From Octopus sinensis (lineage: Eukaryota), in the NCBI RefSeq assembly GCF_006345805.1, contig NC_043000.1, positions 154,628,001 through 154,692,000 of the forward strand: a stretch of 64,000 nt of DNA. The letters run 5' to 3'. Below, piece after piece: positions 36,864-49,809 of this stretch. Under the pieces are notes generated by a model that was not told where the DNA came from, did not search any database, and saw only the letters and a list, made by a program, of their open reading frames with translations. Position 1 is the first letter of the stretch; every line of letters begins with the position of its first letter. A program made the position numbers and the translations under genes.

Positions 36864-37060
36864 CATCATCATCATCATCATCATCGTTTAACGTCCGTTC
36901 TCCATGCTAGCATGGGTTGGACGGTTCGACCGGGGTTCTGGGAAGCCAGAAGGCTGCACCAGGCTCCAGTCTAATCTGGCAATGTTTCTACAGCTGGATG
37001 CCCTTCCTAACGCCAACCACTCCGTGAGTGTAGTGGGTGCTTTTTACGTGCCACCTGCAC
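36864..37060 (-). mobile_element. SINE family D 3' part (Meta-like domain, (GAT)n tail)
   Basis: The minus strand has GGTTGGCGTTAGGAAGGGCATCCAGCTGTAGAAAC and ends GGACGTTAAACGATGATGAT. Confidence 0.88.
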
Positions 37061-37081
37061 ATTATATATGTATATATATAT

Positions 37082-37223
<142 letters not shown>

Positions 37224-37939
37224 ACACCACACCAGAGGTGAAAACACCTCTGAAAGTGGGGGCCCCGCCACATCAAAACGGTAGAGGAGTAGGGGCCGAA
37301 ATCGGATGTAGTTCCTCCTGATGATTTCTTGAGCTAACTGGATCCTATAAAAGAGCTGTTGTGGTAGTGGACCACGGTTGAAATTCCTGTATATATATGT
37401 TTGTATATGCATACATACATACATTCATACATACATGTTCATACATACACACACATAAATATATCATAATATAAAGTGCAGATATGGCTGCATGATTAAG
37501 AAGTTTACTTCCCAACCATATACTTATTTTCGAAATGTTGAAGGAGTTGATCTAACTCTGAGGTCAGAATACTTTTTCAAAAATGTAGTTACATATGGAT
37601 CAAAGATGGTGATGTGCAGACCAAGGAGACTGAGCTTCTGAGCAGCTTCAACAAGGACTTTGGTCTTCTGGACATCCACTGTGAAGATGATGTGCACTGA
37701 AGAAATTGTTGACTGATTTCCGGAGTTCTGATGACAAAGATCAGCATTGTCACATTGTCATCTGTATTCTGAAGCATTGAAGCTCTGAGATGTGCTGGAT
37801 GCTGTTAAATTGATGAGATTGAAGAATGGCCATTTGAAGTAGCTTATATATATATAAATATATATATATAAATATTGATAAAAACGGTAAGACAACAAAA
37901 GAAAGAAAGAGACCTCGATATTATGTAAAGAGAGGAATT

Positions 37940-38192
37940 TATCTGTAAATGTAATATGTAACAATTATTTGGTAGCCATGATAAAACTCCGAGTTCCGGA
38001 TGATGAGGTGGAAATCCACTCCACCATCACTCCACCATCTCTCCAGTTATCCAGCCATCAGTCATTTTCCATTGCATTTTTCCGATGGCCAGATAACTGA
38101 AGAGATGGTGGCATGGATTTCCACCTCGGCATCCGAAACTCGGAGTTTTATCATGGCTACTGAATAATTGTCACATATTACATTTACAGATA
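37940..38192. mobile_element. (TA)n-embedded foldback cassette with ~115-bp arms
   Basis: tatctgtaaatgtaatatg...gccatc is mirrored by gatggc...catattacatttacagata. The left side extends to ~37870. Confidence 0.85.
38086..38159 (+). ncRNA. type I hammerhead ribozyme
   Basis: Stem I GCCA-GATAA / TTATC-A-TGGC; core CTGAAGA (38097-38103); stem II GATG..CATC with GTGG/CCAC and one extra C; GAAAC (38135-38139); stem III ACTC-G-GAGT; GUU triplet ending at 38147. Confidence 0.7.
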
Positions 38193-38697
38193 TATATACA
38201 TATATATATATATATACATGCATACATATATATTTTCATATATTGATATATATATGTGTGTGTGTGTGTCTACACATCATCATCATCATCATCATCATCA
38301 TCGTTTAACGTCTGCCTGTGTTTGCATGAATGATTTCATGTTACCCTTGCTGGCTTTTTTAAAAAAATGGTTTTCTGACAGTGCCATTTGCTTGCAGTCC
38401 ACCACGAAAGTATTTCCAGGCTTCTTGACATGTCTTGACATGTTGCACGACATTTGTAAATGAGCAGCTCATTCAACTAGTGTCATTTGTTTCCAGTTCT
38501 CTGCATAAAACATGTCTGGATTGTTTATTGTTTGATGACAGACTGGGAAATCATTACCTTGCTTAGAAACCAGTGGGTTTGATCTCAGGAAGGGCAATCA
38601 GCTGGAAAAAAATATACTCCCATCTGACCGATGGAAGCATGGTAAAGTATTTGTTATAACGATGACAATATCTCTCTATCTATCTATCTATCTATCC

Positions 38698-38813
<116 letters not shown>

Positions 38814-39199
38814 GTCTATCTATCTATCTATCTATCTGTCTATCTATCTATCTATTATATGTGTATGTGTGTGTGTGTGCATATGTGTGTGTGTGTGTGT
38901 GCGTGTGTGTGTTTTTATATATATTTATGTATGTGCTTTTTCAAGTGGATACTTTCAGTGTCCTTGAACTAAATCTGCTTTGATGTCTTTTGTAGGCTAA
39001 GAGCTATTGTAGAGAATGCATGCTAAAAGTGTCACAGAGAGGGACAGTGCCCATGCTCCTTTACAGATCTTCATGACTGGTGAGGAGGAAGAAGGAATCA
39101 TTAAACCAGAAACTTAGCCTGAATCTTTGCAATAGAACAGACTCCACTAAAGGTGTAGAAGGTGCTGAATGTGCCACAGGGTGGTGTAAAACTGGGTGT

Positions 39200-39635
39200 A
39201 AAATTAAGCAACCCATGCATTTTACAATGCGTTTTTCACTGTGGAAGGGAAACCCTTTGTTGACATCAGAGGTAATAGCTTCCTGAACTCTATCTGCATT
39301 AATTTTATTCTGGCTACTATGCTTTTAAAGAAGATACTTTCATTGCTCATTAAGTTATTTAGTTAAGAGAAGCTATCAAAATTTTCTATGAAACCCTCTA
39401 AATACTAAATAAAATTCATATCCAGCTGCTAAATGCACCAGTGCATTCGTTACTTATGTTATGCATCTTCTCTGCAATTTCACAACACCTCTGTATTTAA
39501 AGTGGAGTACAGTGTATACATATAGAGAGACCAGTCACATCCTTGTGTCTGTTTACTGGTTCTGTTATTCTCAACTAATGTCTTTGCTAGACTAGAAGTT
39601 TTTAAATCATAGGCTTTGCTTCCACATTTGGACTT
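39200..39635 (-). pseudogene. decayed RTE-clade LINE fragment (region C-terminal to RT)
   Basis: The minus strand translates ENFDSFS*LNNLMSNESIFFKSIVARIKLMQIEFRKLLPLMSTKGF, resembling RTE EVVDSFxYLG..SIVARI..KFRELLPLL.TKG. Confidence 0.6.
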
Positions 39636-39646
39636 TTTACTCTTAA

Positions 39647-39868
39647 CCCTTTTGTTACTGTATTTATTTTGAGATGCTATGTGTTTCTTTCAGTTATTTT
39701 AAATATAACAAAGAATTTAGTAAAAATAACTTAGTTATCATTAAGCTAGTGTTAGGAATATAAATTGCAACTAAGGTTTGGTGGTATATTTTGATGCAAA
39801 ACCTATGAAAACAAGACATTTGTACTACAGAGCCAGTGCCGGTTTTGGCCGGGTTAGTAATGAAAGGG
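39647..39868. mobile_element. piggyBac-like MITE (inverted relative to 19952)
   Basis: TTAA-CCCTTTTGTTAC...GTAATGAAAGGG. The body is the reverse complement of 19952-20171. Confidence 0.85.
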
Positions 39869-40410
39869 TTCCTCAACAAATTCAGCTATGTGAACTGTCA
39901 TTGGACAACAGGTGATCCTACAGATTGCCAGGTTTAAACTTATCTGATTTGGTCTAAACAACTATAATAACAAGACAATGACAACTGAGCTATGATGGTT
40001 AGATATCTTCATATCAAATTTTATGATGAACTTATTGCCAAGTTTTATCTCATTCACATCATTTATGTATATGGTTTGCACAGCTCTCGTAAGATCTAGT
40101 AGTTATTTTTTTTTAACTACAGGGCTTTGGAATCTAGTGCATATATATTGTAAATAGAATCTTAAGTTATCACTGTATATTGGCTATAGAAAATAGTCTA
40201 ATACAAGGGTATATTAGCCCTTGTAACAGAAAAAAATGGGCATTAGTATGCATGGGAAATGAAGGTAGCTTATATACACTGATATTAGACTATTTTCTAT
40301 AGTTAATATATATAGTTAATATGTTGCAGTCTCAATTATATTTACAAAATATCACTTACCACCATTTCCTAATTGAGGCAGTATTTTCACATGTTTTTAT
40401 ATAAATATAT

Positions 40411-40965
40411 CATCATCATCATCATCATCATCATCGTTTAACGTCCGTTCTCCATGCTAGCATGGGTTGGACGGTTCGACCGGGGTTCTGGGAAGCCAGA
40501 AGGCTGCACCAGGCTCCAGTCTAATCTGGCAATGTTTCTACAGCTGGATGCCCTTCCTAACGCCAACCACTCCGTGAGTGTAGTGGCTGCTTTTTACGTG
40601 CCACCTGCACAGGTGCCAGGCGAGGCTGGCAACGGCCACGGTCAGATTGGTGTATTTTATGTGCCACCGGTACGGAAGCCAGTGGTGCTGGCATCGGCCA
40701 CGAGTCGGATAGTGCCTTTTACGTACCACCAGACCAGGGATCCTGGCTGGTTCAATTCGATTTCGATTTCGCTTGCCCCAACATGTCTTCACAAGCAAAG
40801 GGGGTTGGCATGGGTGCCTGTCGTACGGTCGCATTGGAGTATTTTACATGCCACGGCCACGAGTCGGATAGTGCTTTTTACGTACCACCAGACCAGGGAT
40901 CCTGGCTGGTTCAATTCTATTTCGATTTCGCTTGCCCCAACATGTCTTCACAAGCAAAGGGGGTT
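40411..40965 (-). mobile_element. SINE family D, long copy with an internal ~110-bp duplication
   Basis: Same 3' end as 36864. ggccacgagtcggatagtgc...caagcaaagggggtt occurs at ~40697 and ~40855. Confidence 0.88.
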
Positions 40966-40978
40966 ATATATATATATA

Positions 40979-41031
<53 letters not shown>

Positions 41032-41048
41032 ATATATATATATATATA

Positions 41049-41347
41049 TAATTTACAATATAAGGGCAAAAGAAAAAATTCTAATGCCAAATATGCCAAA
41101 AAAGACAAAAATTGTCAATTAACCATTATAATATATAATTAACCATTATAATATAATAAGTTATAATGATCCACACATATTATAATGGTTAATCGACAAT
41201 TTTTTGTGTTTCGGCGTATCTGGCATTAGAATTTTTCTTCTGCCCTTATCTTGTAAATTATTTATAAATTTAACCTTCAAAGGTATTTTTTGATATGCTG
41301 GCCATTGATGAAATTTTTTTCCCGAAAAAAATGTTATCCTACATTAG

Positions 41348-41350
<3 letters not shown>
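41049..41350. mobile_element. (TA)n-embedded foldback cassette
   Basis: 41049-41135 is inverted at 41177-41260. The remainder matches the reverse complement of 6050-6160. Confidence 0.8.
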
Positions 41351-41393
<43 letters not shown>

Positions 41394-41816
41394 ACATACA
41401 CACACACACACACACATGTATGTGTGTATCTATATCTATACATCACAGAACTTCCCTAAACTAGATACCAGTATCTAAGCATAATCTGAGCCTAATTAGA
41501 TTGCCTATGAAGAAAACAATGCAATACCAACGTAAGTGTTCTCCACAAACTATGAATCCACAAACACTTTTAACTTTACAAGAATGAAGGGCAACTCAGA
41601 ATAATGAGACTATAAGCATAACAAATGTGTGTTCCCATCATCAGCTGCCATTATGGTTTTGACACCTGGGCAGTACAATTCAATCTGGCAGTGTTAATAG
41701 TGTTATATATATGTATATATATATATATATTATATATATATATACACATATATATATATATACACATATATATACACATATACACAGACACATACATACA
41801 TATATATACATATATA

Positions 41817-41953
41817 TGATGGGCTTCTTTCGGTTTCTATCTACCAAATCCACTCACAAGGCTTTGGTCGGCCCAAGGCTATAGTAGAAGACACTTGCCC
41901 GGAACCATGTGGTTGGTAAGCAAGGTATTTACCACACAGCCACTCCTGCGCCT
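41817..41953 (-). mobile_element. SINE family C 5' part (internal deletion)
   Basis: Contains ...ggaaccatgtggttggtaagcaaggtatttaccacacagccactcctgcgcct. Confidence 0.85.
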
Positions 41954-41996
41954 ATGTAATATAATATGTAATATAATATAAAATAGAGTGTGTATG

Positions 41997-42055
<59 letters not shown>

Positions 42056-42101
42056 AAGTAGACGGAAACTGAAAGAAGCCCATATATATATATATTATAT
42101 A

Positions 42102-42151
<50 letters not shown>

Positions 42152-42154
42152 TAT

Positions 42155-42253
<99 letters not shown>

Positions 42254-43248
42254 TTTAGACATATGTATGTATATAGACATATGTATGTGTGAGTATGAAT
42301 GTGTGTATGTTTGTGTTACCTTTTGTTGACATTGTGTGTCATTCATTTCAAATAAGGTGGATGGAATTTATTGGAGAGAGAAACGCAGGAAGATGCTGTA
42401 AAAAGTATATGTCTTGACATGTCATCTTTACCACCCTTTCTCTTTTTCCTTCTAGTGAAGCCATATATACCAAAACAACTGTGTCTGTCTCTCTATCATA
42501 TATTTAACCTTGAAACAGCTGGTAAAAAAATCACTTTTTTAATATTGTGCTCCCTCCTCATTGAGAGGGCTCGCCTTGCAATTTACTTGCTGACCTCAAT
42601 AGTATGGGTGTCATGTGCAAAGTACCCAGTACAGTGAAGTAGTTGGTACTTGAAAGGGCATTCTGTCATAGAAATCATGGTTCACTGGATCCTGTCAAGA
42701 AGTCCAACCAATGTCAGCATGATGATGTATTGCTGGCCCCATGAAAAAAAGAACCTGTACATTCTCTAAAGTGATGGGCAATAGGAAGGACATTTAGCTA
42801 TAGAAATAATGCTGAAGCAGACATTGGAGCTCAACACAGTCCTCTGGCTTACTGGATCCTATCAGACTATCCATCCTGCACCAGTATATCCTGTAAAGTT
42901 GTTGGTATTAGGAAGTGTGTCCAGCTATAGAAATCATGCCAAAATATATATTGAAGCTCAATGTTGTCCCTTTGGCCTGTCAGAAATTGTTGAACCGTTC
43001 ATTCCTGGCAAACATGGAACCATGGCATTAAATAAAGATGATGATGATAATGATTTCATGGATTTCATATATATATATATATATATAAGTAGTTGAATGG
43101 ATTATCCTAGTATGGATAATTCGGTTAACCGATACCCGGGTAGCAAATTCACGTCAGAAAACACTTCGGAATTAGGAATATGCAGTCTTCGAAACATATG
43201 TCGAGAATAAAGGAATTTTGTTAAATCGTCATTCAACTCCATTCTTTC

Positions 43249-43298
<50 letters not shown>

Positions 43299-43608
43299 TT
43301 TAATTAAGTCTGTTCATGTGAAACGTTTTGAGTGCAACATTTGCTTGAGGAAATGAACATTTCCCTTAAAATCCATGGATTTTGCAAATCATATTTGTAA
43401 TATCCTATGGATCATGACTTCAACAACTAAAACATAGAGACTGTGGAAACATACATAGCAATGCCTTAAAGGATTTATGAAGTTCCATCCAAAATTTCTT
43501 ATTACTATATATATATATATATAAAATTAATTAAGAGTAGAAATTGATATTAGTCAATTAAAACCAGTGGTCTAGCATATTAAAAAGAATCCGAAGATTA
43601 AAATATTT

Positions 43609-43806
43609 ATATATACCAATTAAGGACTGAACACGAAAAGTGGACAGTCAACATGCTAGATATAGACGTCAAATCGCCATTCTCCACAAAGATTATGTGC
43701 TGAGTTTCATTTGAGAACATAATCTTTGTGGAGAATGGCGATTTGACGTCTATATCTAGCATGTTGACTGTCCACTTTCGTGTTCAGTCCTTAATTGGTA
43801 TATATA
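43609..43806. repeat. near-perfect ~90-bp-arm palindrome in a (TA)n-embedded cassette
   Basis: taccaattaaggactgaacacg...caaagattatgt / acataatctttg...cgtgttcagtccttaattggta. One 1-bp indel and an ~18-nt spacer. Confidence 0.95.
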
Positions 43807-43896
43807 TATATATACACACAAGGTTCCACCGGTTATGACACATATGTAGCCTGGATTTTATCTACTCCGTTCTTTAACTCTTGGATTATAATCCAT

Positions 43897-43937
<41 letters not shown>

Positions 43938-44356
43938 GTAGTAGATAAAGTCCAGACTACATATGATTCATAGGAAGTGGTTATATTCCAAGAGTTAAGG
44001 AATGGAGTGGCTATAATTCATAAAATCAGGCTGCATAAGTCTCATAGCAAGTGGAACCTTGGCAGTGGGAAATATCTGAGAGCTAGGTGTATACTACAGC
44101 TTACGCATTCCTTAATTCTTGGATTTTTATTCACATACCAGGCAAACCTGGCTGTGAACCATGAAATATGAGATAATTTTTTTCAGCTTATTGTATTTTG
44201 ATAGGCAAAAAATCCACAACCTTCCATCCCATCCCAATAAACCACTATTGTTCCTGAAAGTTGTTTTTTTTAATATTTTCTATGGATTGCTTGAAGCTCA
44301 CTTTCTTCCTGCACCTTGATCCTTGGATCTTACATTTATATATATATATATATATA

Positions 44357-44658
44357 TCATCATCATCGTTTAGCGTCCGCTTTCCATGCTGGCATGGGTT
44401 GGACGGTGCAACTGGGGTCTGGGAAGCCAGAAGGCTGCACCAGGCCCAGTCTGATCTGGCAATGTTTCTACGGCTGGATGCCCTTCCTAACGCCAACCAC
44501 TCCATGAGTGTAGTGGGTGCTTTTTATGTGCCACCGGCACAGGTGCCAGACGAGGCTGGCAAACGGCCACGGTTGGATGGTGCGTTTTACATGCCACCGG
44601 CACGGAGGCCAGGCGAGGCTGGCAACAGCCACAATCGGATGGTGCTTTTTACGTGCCA
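44357..44658 (-). mobile_element. SINE family D
   Basis: Homologous to 40411-40690. Confidence 0.88.
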
Positions 44659-44984
44659 TATATATATACATGTACACATTCATATCTCTCTGTATTCTCT
44701 TTTACACATCCATGTTTTGCTATTTTTAGTCACTGGACTTTGGTCATGGTGGGGAACCACCACTAAGAATTTTAGTGAATCATATCAACCCCAGTACTTA
44801 TAATTTTAAATCTGGTGCTTCTTTGAATTCATTTTGTCATCTCACCAAAATACTGGATATCAACTGAATTTTTTGTAGTGTTAATACAGACATAAGTAGA
44901 AAGTAAGATAGATAGATAGATAGAAACATACACACATGCACACATACATACATACATACATACATACATACATACATACATACA

Positions 44985-45015
<31 letters not shown>

Positions 45016-45546
45016 GTTACAAATTCACTATAATGTAATTATGTAATTACTTGCAAACATCTAACTCCATGAATCCAGGAACCACTAAATTCCTGACAGA
45101 AAAAAAAATGTAAAAGAATAAACCATGAAAGAGGATTGTATGAAAATAGACCAGTGTACAAAAATAAAAACAATTTACAGACAGCCACCTAAACATCACC
45201 ACAGTAACAATCTAAATAAACATTGATACCCATCATCAGCTACTGGATTGGAAATCATTATGGTTTTGACAATAAGTAATACCATTCAATCCAATGATGT
45301 CATCTGTATCAAAAATATACATATTTAGATGCTGTTCAAAAATTACTAGATATAACGACAAAAAACCAAAACACAAGCATGCTGCCGTGATTTCCCACAA
45401 CACACAAGACAACAAAACCATCTAAGCTTAAAAATAAGCTCATATAACCAACCCAGAAGAAAAAATAATTTAATGAGCTAATAATTTTAATGAATTAAGT
45501 ATAGCATAGGTGTGATGCTTACTGTATACCTATTTTTGCACCCCAC

Positions 45547-45574
<28 letters not shown>

Positions 45575-45603
<29 letters not shown>

Positions 45604-45852
45604 GTATATATACCAAATATATACGTTATATTTATTATTTGCACATTACTTAATCATCGTTATATGTTTTATCTTATACTAAATCTCTCTATAATGTGTA
45701 ATTTATCTAAATGGTATAATTTAATTTTTCATTATTGAATTGATGAAAGGTGTTTTTTTTTCTAATTTATATATATATATTATATTTTGTGAAATTTGAT
45801 TTAGTTTTCTAAATTGAATTTTTCCCTGTAAGTCTGGAATAATATTCCCTCA

Positions 45853-45894
<42 letters not shown>

Positions 45895-46700
45895 TACGCA
45901 GGGAAAGAGAGAGAGAGAGAGTGAGAGAGAAAGAGAGAGAAATGTACCAACACTTGATCGGTACTAATTTTCCTCAATAGATTCAAGCTACTCAAAATGT
46001 AGCAGTAACTTGAAAATGAGCATGAATTAGTCTCTTGTACCATACTTCTGCTACTTTTTTAGGTGTCTTTGTAGTTATGAGCAGACCTTCTTGGACTTGC
46101 CATCCTTAAGCCAGCAGAACAGTGAAGATATGAGAATTGGAGGGCTTGCCCCACCACTTGTCTTGTAATCATTTTTAGCTAAGTAGATTAACATGAAATG
46201 ATGTGCCTTGCTTAAGAACACTAAATATAACATACATCTATATATATATCACAGTATTAACCAGATTATAGGATGTTATGGTACATTGCTGGTCACAATG
46301 CGCTTTCCATTGTCTTAGCTTCACAATAATGCTGTCACGCTGGCTAGGCAAGCAGGCCACTGTACTTCCAATCAGTTGACTATACAGCTGAGTGGACTGG
46401 AAATGAAGTGTTTTGCTCGTCTAGTAATTGGACCCATGGTTGTGAGTGCAACACCCTAACCATTAGGCCATACACTTCATATATGTATATATATATACAC
46501 ACATAGACGTATATATATATTCACCTCCAACAATAGAGAGCAGCTGCCTTATTCCTTTCTATATTGGCTAACTCTGATGAGCATAAGGTTATATAATCAA
46601 ATTGTTACCTAACACTCCATGTATTCCTACCATGAAACCAGTTGGTAAGATCAATTGTGATGGATATATACTGTACATTTTGGATAATAAATAAATATAT

Positions 46701-46753
<53 letters not shown>

Positions 46754-47001
46754 GTATATATACCAATATATACGTTATATTTATTATTTGCACATTACTT
46801 AATCATCGTTATATGTTTTATCTTATACTAAATCTCTCTATAATGTGTAATTTATCTAAATGGTATAATTTAATTTTTCATTATTGAATTGATGAAAGGT
46901 GTTTTTTTTTCTAATTTATATATATATATTATATTTTGTGAAATTTGATTTAGTTTTCTAAATTGAATTTTTCCCTGTAAGTCTGGAATAATATTCCCTC
47001 A

Positions 47002-47053
<52 letters not shown>

Positions 47054-47880
47054 GCAGGGAAGAGAGAGAGAGAGAGAGTGAGAGAGAAGAGAGAGAAATG
47101 TACCAACACTTGATCGGTACTAATTTTCCTCAATAGATTCAAGCTACTCAAAATGTAGCAGTAACTTGAAAATGAGCATGAATTAGTCTCTTGTACCATA
47201 CTTCTGCTACTTTTTTAGGTGTCTTTGTAGTTATGAGCAGACCTTCTTGGACTTGCCATCCTTAAGCCAGCAGAACAGTGAAGATATGAGAATTGGAGGG
47301 CTTGCCCCACCACTTGTCTTGTAATCATTTTTAGCTAAGTAGATTAACATGAAATGATGTGCCTTGCTTAAGAACACTAAATATAACATACATCTATATA
47401 TATATCACAGTATTAACCAGATTATAGGATGTTATGGTACATTGCTGGTCACAATGCGCTTTCCATTGTCTTAGCTTCACAATAATGCTGTCACGCTGGC
47501 TAGGCAAGCAGGCCACTGTACTTCCAATCAGTTGACTATACAGCTGAGTGGACTGGAAATGAAGTGTTTTGCTCGTCTAGTAATTGGACCCATGGTTGTG
47601 AGTGCAACACCCTAACCATTAGGCCATACACTTCATATATGTATATATATATACACACATAGACGTATATATATATATTCACCTCCAACAATAGAGAGCA
47701 GCTGCCTTATTCCTTTCTATATTGGCTAACTCTGATGAGCATAAGGTTATATAATCAAATTGTTACCTAACACTCCATCGTATTCCTACCATGAAACCAG
47801 TTGGTAAGATCAATTGTGATGGATATATACTGTACATTTTGGATAATAAATAAATATATATATATATATATATATATATT
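45575..47880. repeat. near-identical ~1.16-kb direct tandem duplication bounded by (TA)n
   Basis: 45575-46740 vs 46741-47880. The differences I can see are microsatellite length changes and 1-bp indels. Confidence 0.95.
46563..46655 (+). ncRNA. decayed long-stem-II hammerhead-like motif (second copy 47721-47814)
   Basis: CTGATGA (46574-46580)...GAAA-CCA-GT-TGGT-A, with stem III ACCA/TGGT and a GUA triplet. Stems I and II are weak. Confidence 0.45.
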
Positions 47881-48271
47881 TATGTATACGTGCATTTAGA
47901 TGTTGCTTCCTGTCCAGTGAATGCTTATCATGTACAGAGAGCTTCATTTTGCTATGATCATCAGGTAACAGCTGTTACAACTCAGAATCCCTTTTCACAA
48001 TATTTTTCTGGATGTGGTTTTCTTGCTCGTGTCTATTTTTGACTGTTATTTTTGTCTCCCCTAAATGGTTACTTTTTAATGCTTAATATTTACTTTCTTT
48101 GAATCTATTGGTGATGTTACTTGTTTTCCTTAATTATTTTTGCCATTGCTTGTTTGTTGAAATTTTATGTTAATCAAACAAATTCAGCTTGCTTGTTGGT
48201 CAAGTTTGTTTCTTTGATTACAAGGAAGTCTGTGTTTCATAATATTTCCTAAATGTTGATTCTTGTGATAG

Positions 48272-48490
48272 ATTGGCGCTAGGAAGGGCATTTGGTGTTA
48301 GGAAGGGCATCTTGGCATTAGGAAGGGCATCCAGCTGTAGAAACTCTGCCAGATCAGATTGGAGTCTGGTGCAGCCCATCTGGTTCGCCAGACCTCGGTC
48401 AAATCGTCCAACCCATGCTAGCATGGAAAGCAGATGTTAAATGATGATGATGATGGTGATGATGATGATGATGATGATGACGATGATGAT
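48272..48490 (+). mobile_element. SINE family D 3' part
   Basis: TTGGCRYTAGGAAGGGCAT-like segment present three times, then ...GATGTTAAATGATGATG. Confidence 0.85.
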
Positions 48491-49809
48491 TTCTTTTTCA
48501 AGTGTATTTCAAATTTTTGTTTCCATCAAAGGCTTAAAGGATTTTTTGTATGCATATATCTTTTTTTGGTGAGAGATATGTTTGGTTGTTTGTATTGCTT
48601 TATCTAGTTTCATTGAGCTACAGCTATAAATATGAATTTATCTGTTCAACTAATGAAAGTAGTTTGTTTTCTGGTCAAATCTATTTCATTAGGTGGAATA
48701 AGAAGAGCTTGGGAGTGTCTCATATTGTAGTATTATTAATATTCATGGTTGGGATATTATTGCTAATATCCATTTTGAATTTTTTCTTTCATCAGAGACT
48801 GAAGGGTTTGAAAACTTCTTTTTGGGAAGAAAAATGATGTTGCTTTGTGCTTTTGTTAAACTAAATGCTTGTCAAGTCACTTTGTTTCCTCAAAAAGCAG
48901 TATGATATAATGGAAGAAATTGAGAGTATCACATATTGATATTAATATTCATGGTGATTGATCTTTGCAGGTGACATTGCTAATGTATTTTTTAACCTTT
49001 TGTTGTGATCAATATTAAATATCGCTAGAACACTTGTGTCTGTATCGGTTTTGTTTTTCATTTGGCTTGTCAATTGATTATAAATTGTTTGGCATTATTG
49101 TCTATGTTATTTTTGTCAATGCTTGCTCTTATCTGTTGTATTAATACATTACACATACACACATGTATGTATATATATGTGTATGCCAGGCATTAAATGA
49201 TGATGTATATAGTTTGGTATGTTTTGATCAAGTTACATTTTATTGTCTTTGTGTACGTATGCATTAGGTGTACTACATGTTTAACTTGAGTTAGCAGTTT
49301 GGGGTTTGATTCTTCCAGCTATCAATTTTTTGGAAACTGGGGATGAAGGACTGTTGCTTTATTCTGTTTTGAATTTGGACAATTTGTTAAAAGTGAATTT
49401 ATTATGGTATCTGACTTGCAATAAAACTTAATTTTGGTTGTTTAGTGAATATGTATTTTTGTTTGATTATGTTGTATCTTTCTTAAGGAGAAATACAAGA
49501 ACCAGTTATGTAATGGTGACGTACAATCAATTATTATTATGGTTGTGATTATACTGTTTTCATTTAACTCCCAGATGTATTTAGACAGAGATGTAGTTTT
49601 CCTTCTGTTTATATTCCAAAATGTGTATGTTTGTTGTTTCTATCTGTCTTTGAATATTTAGTTTGTCCTCTTTGTGATACTGTTGCTAATTAGACTGTAT
49701 TTGAAGGCAGTTATTTTGTAATGGGTGTGTTCTTGTTTTGTGAAGTTGCATGAGTTTGCACTATGAATTGTATGTCCTTTATACATTGTTGTTCAATGAC
49801 TGTCTGCTC

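Noticed and set aside
37590-37830. Possible mariner N-terminal relic (SGHP..TEEIV)
   Set aside because: Too few residues match, with multiple stops and frameshifts.
40454-41122. 222-aa and 180-aa (44261-44803) ORFs, and the repeated MRNWYLIYR ORFs
   Set aside because: These are antisense read-throughs of SINE families D and A plus microsatellites.
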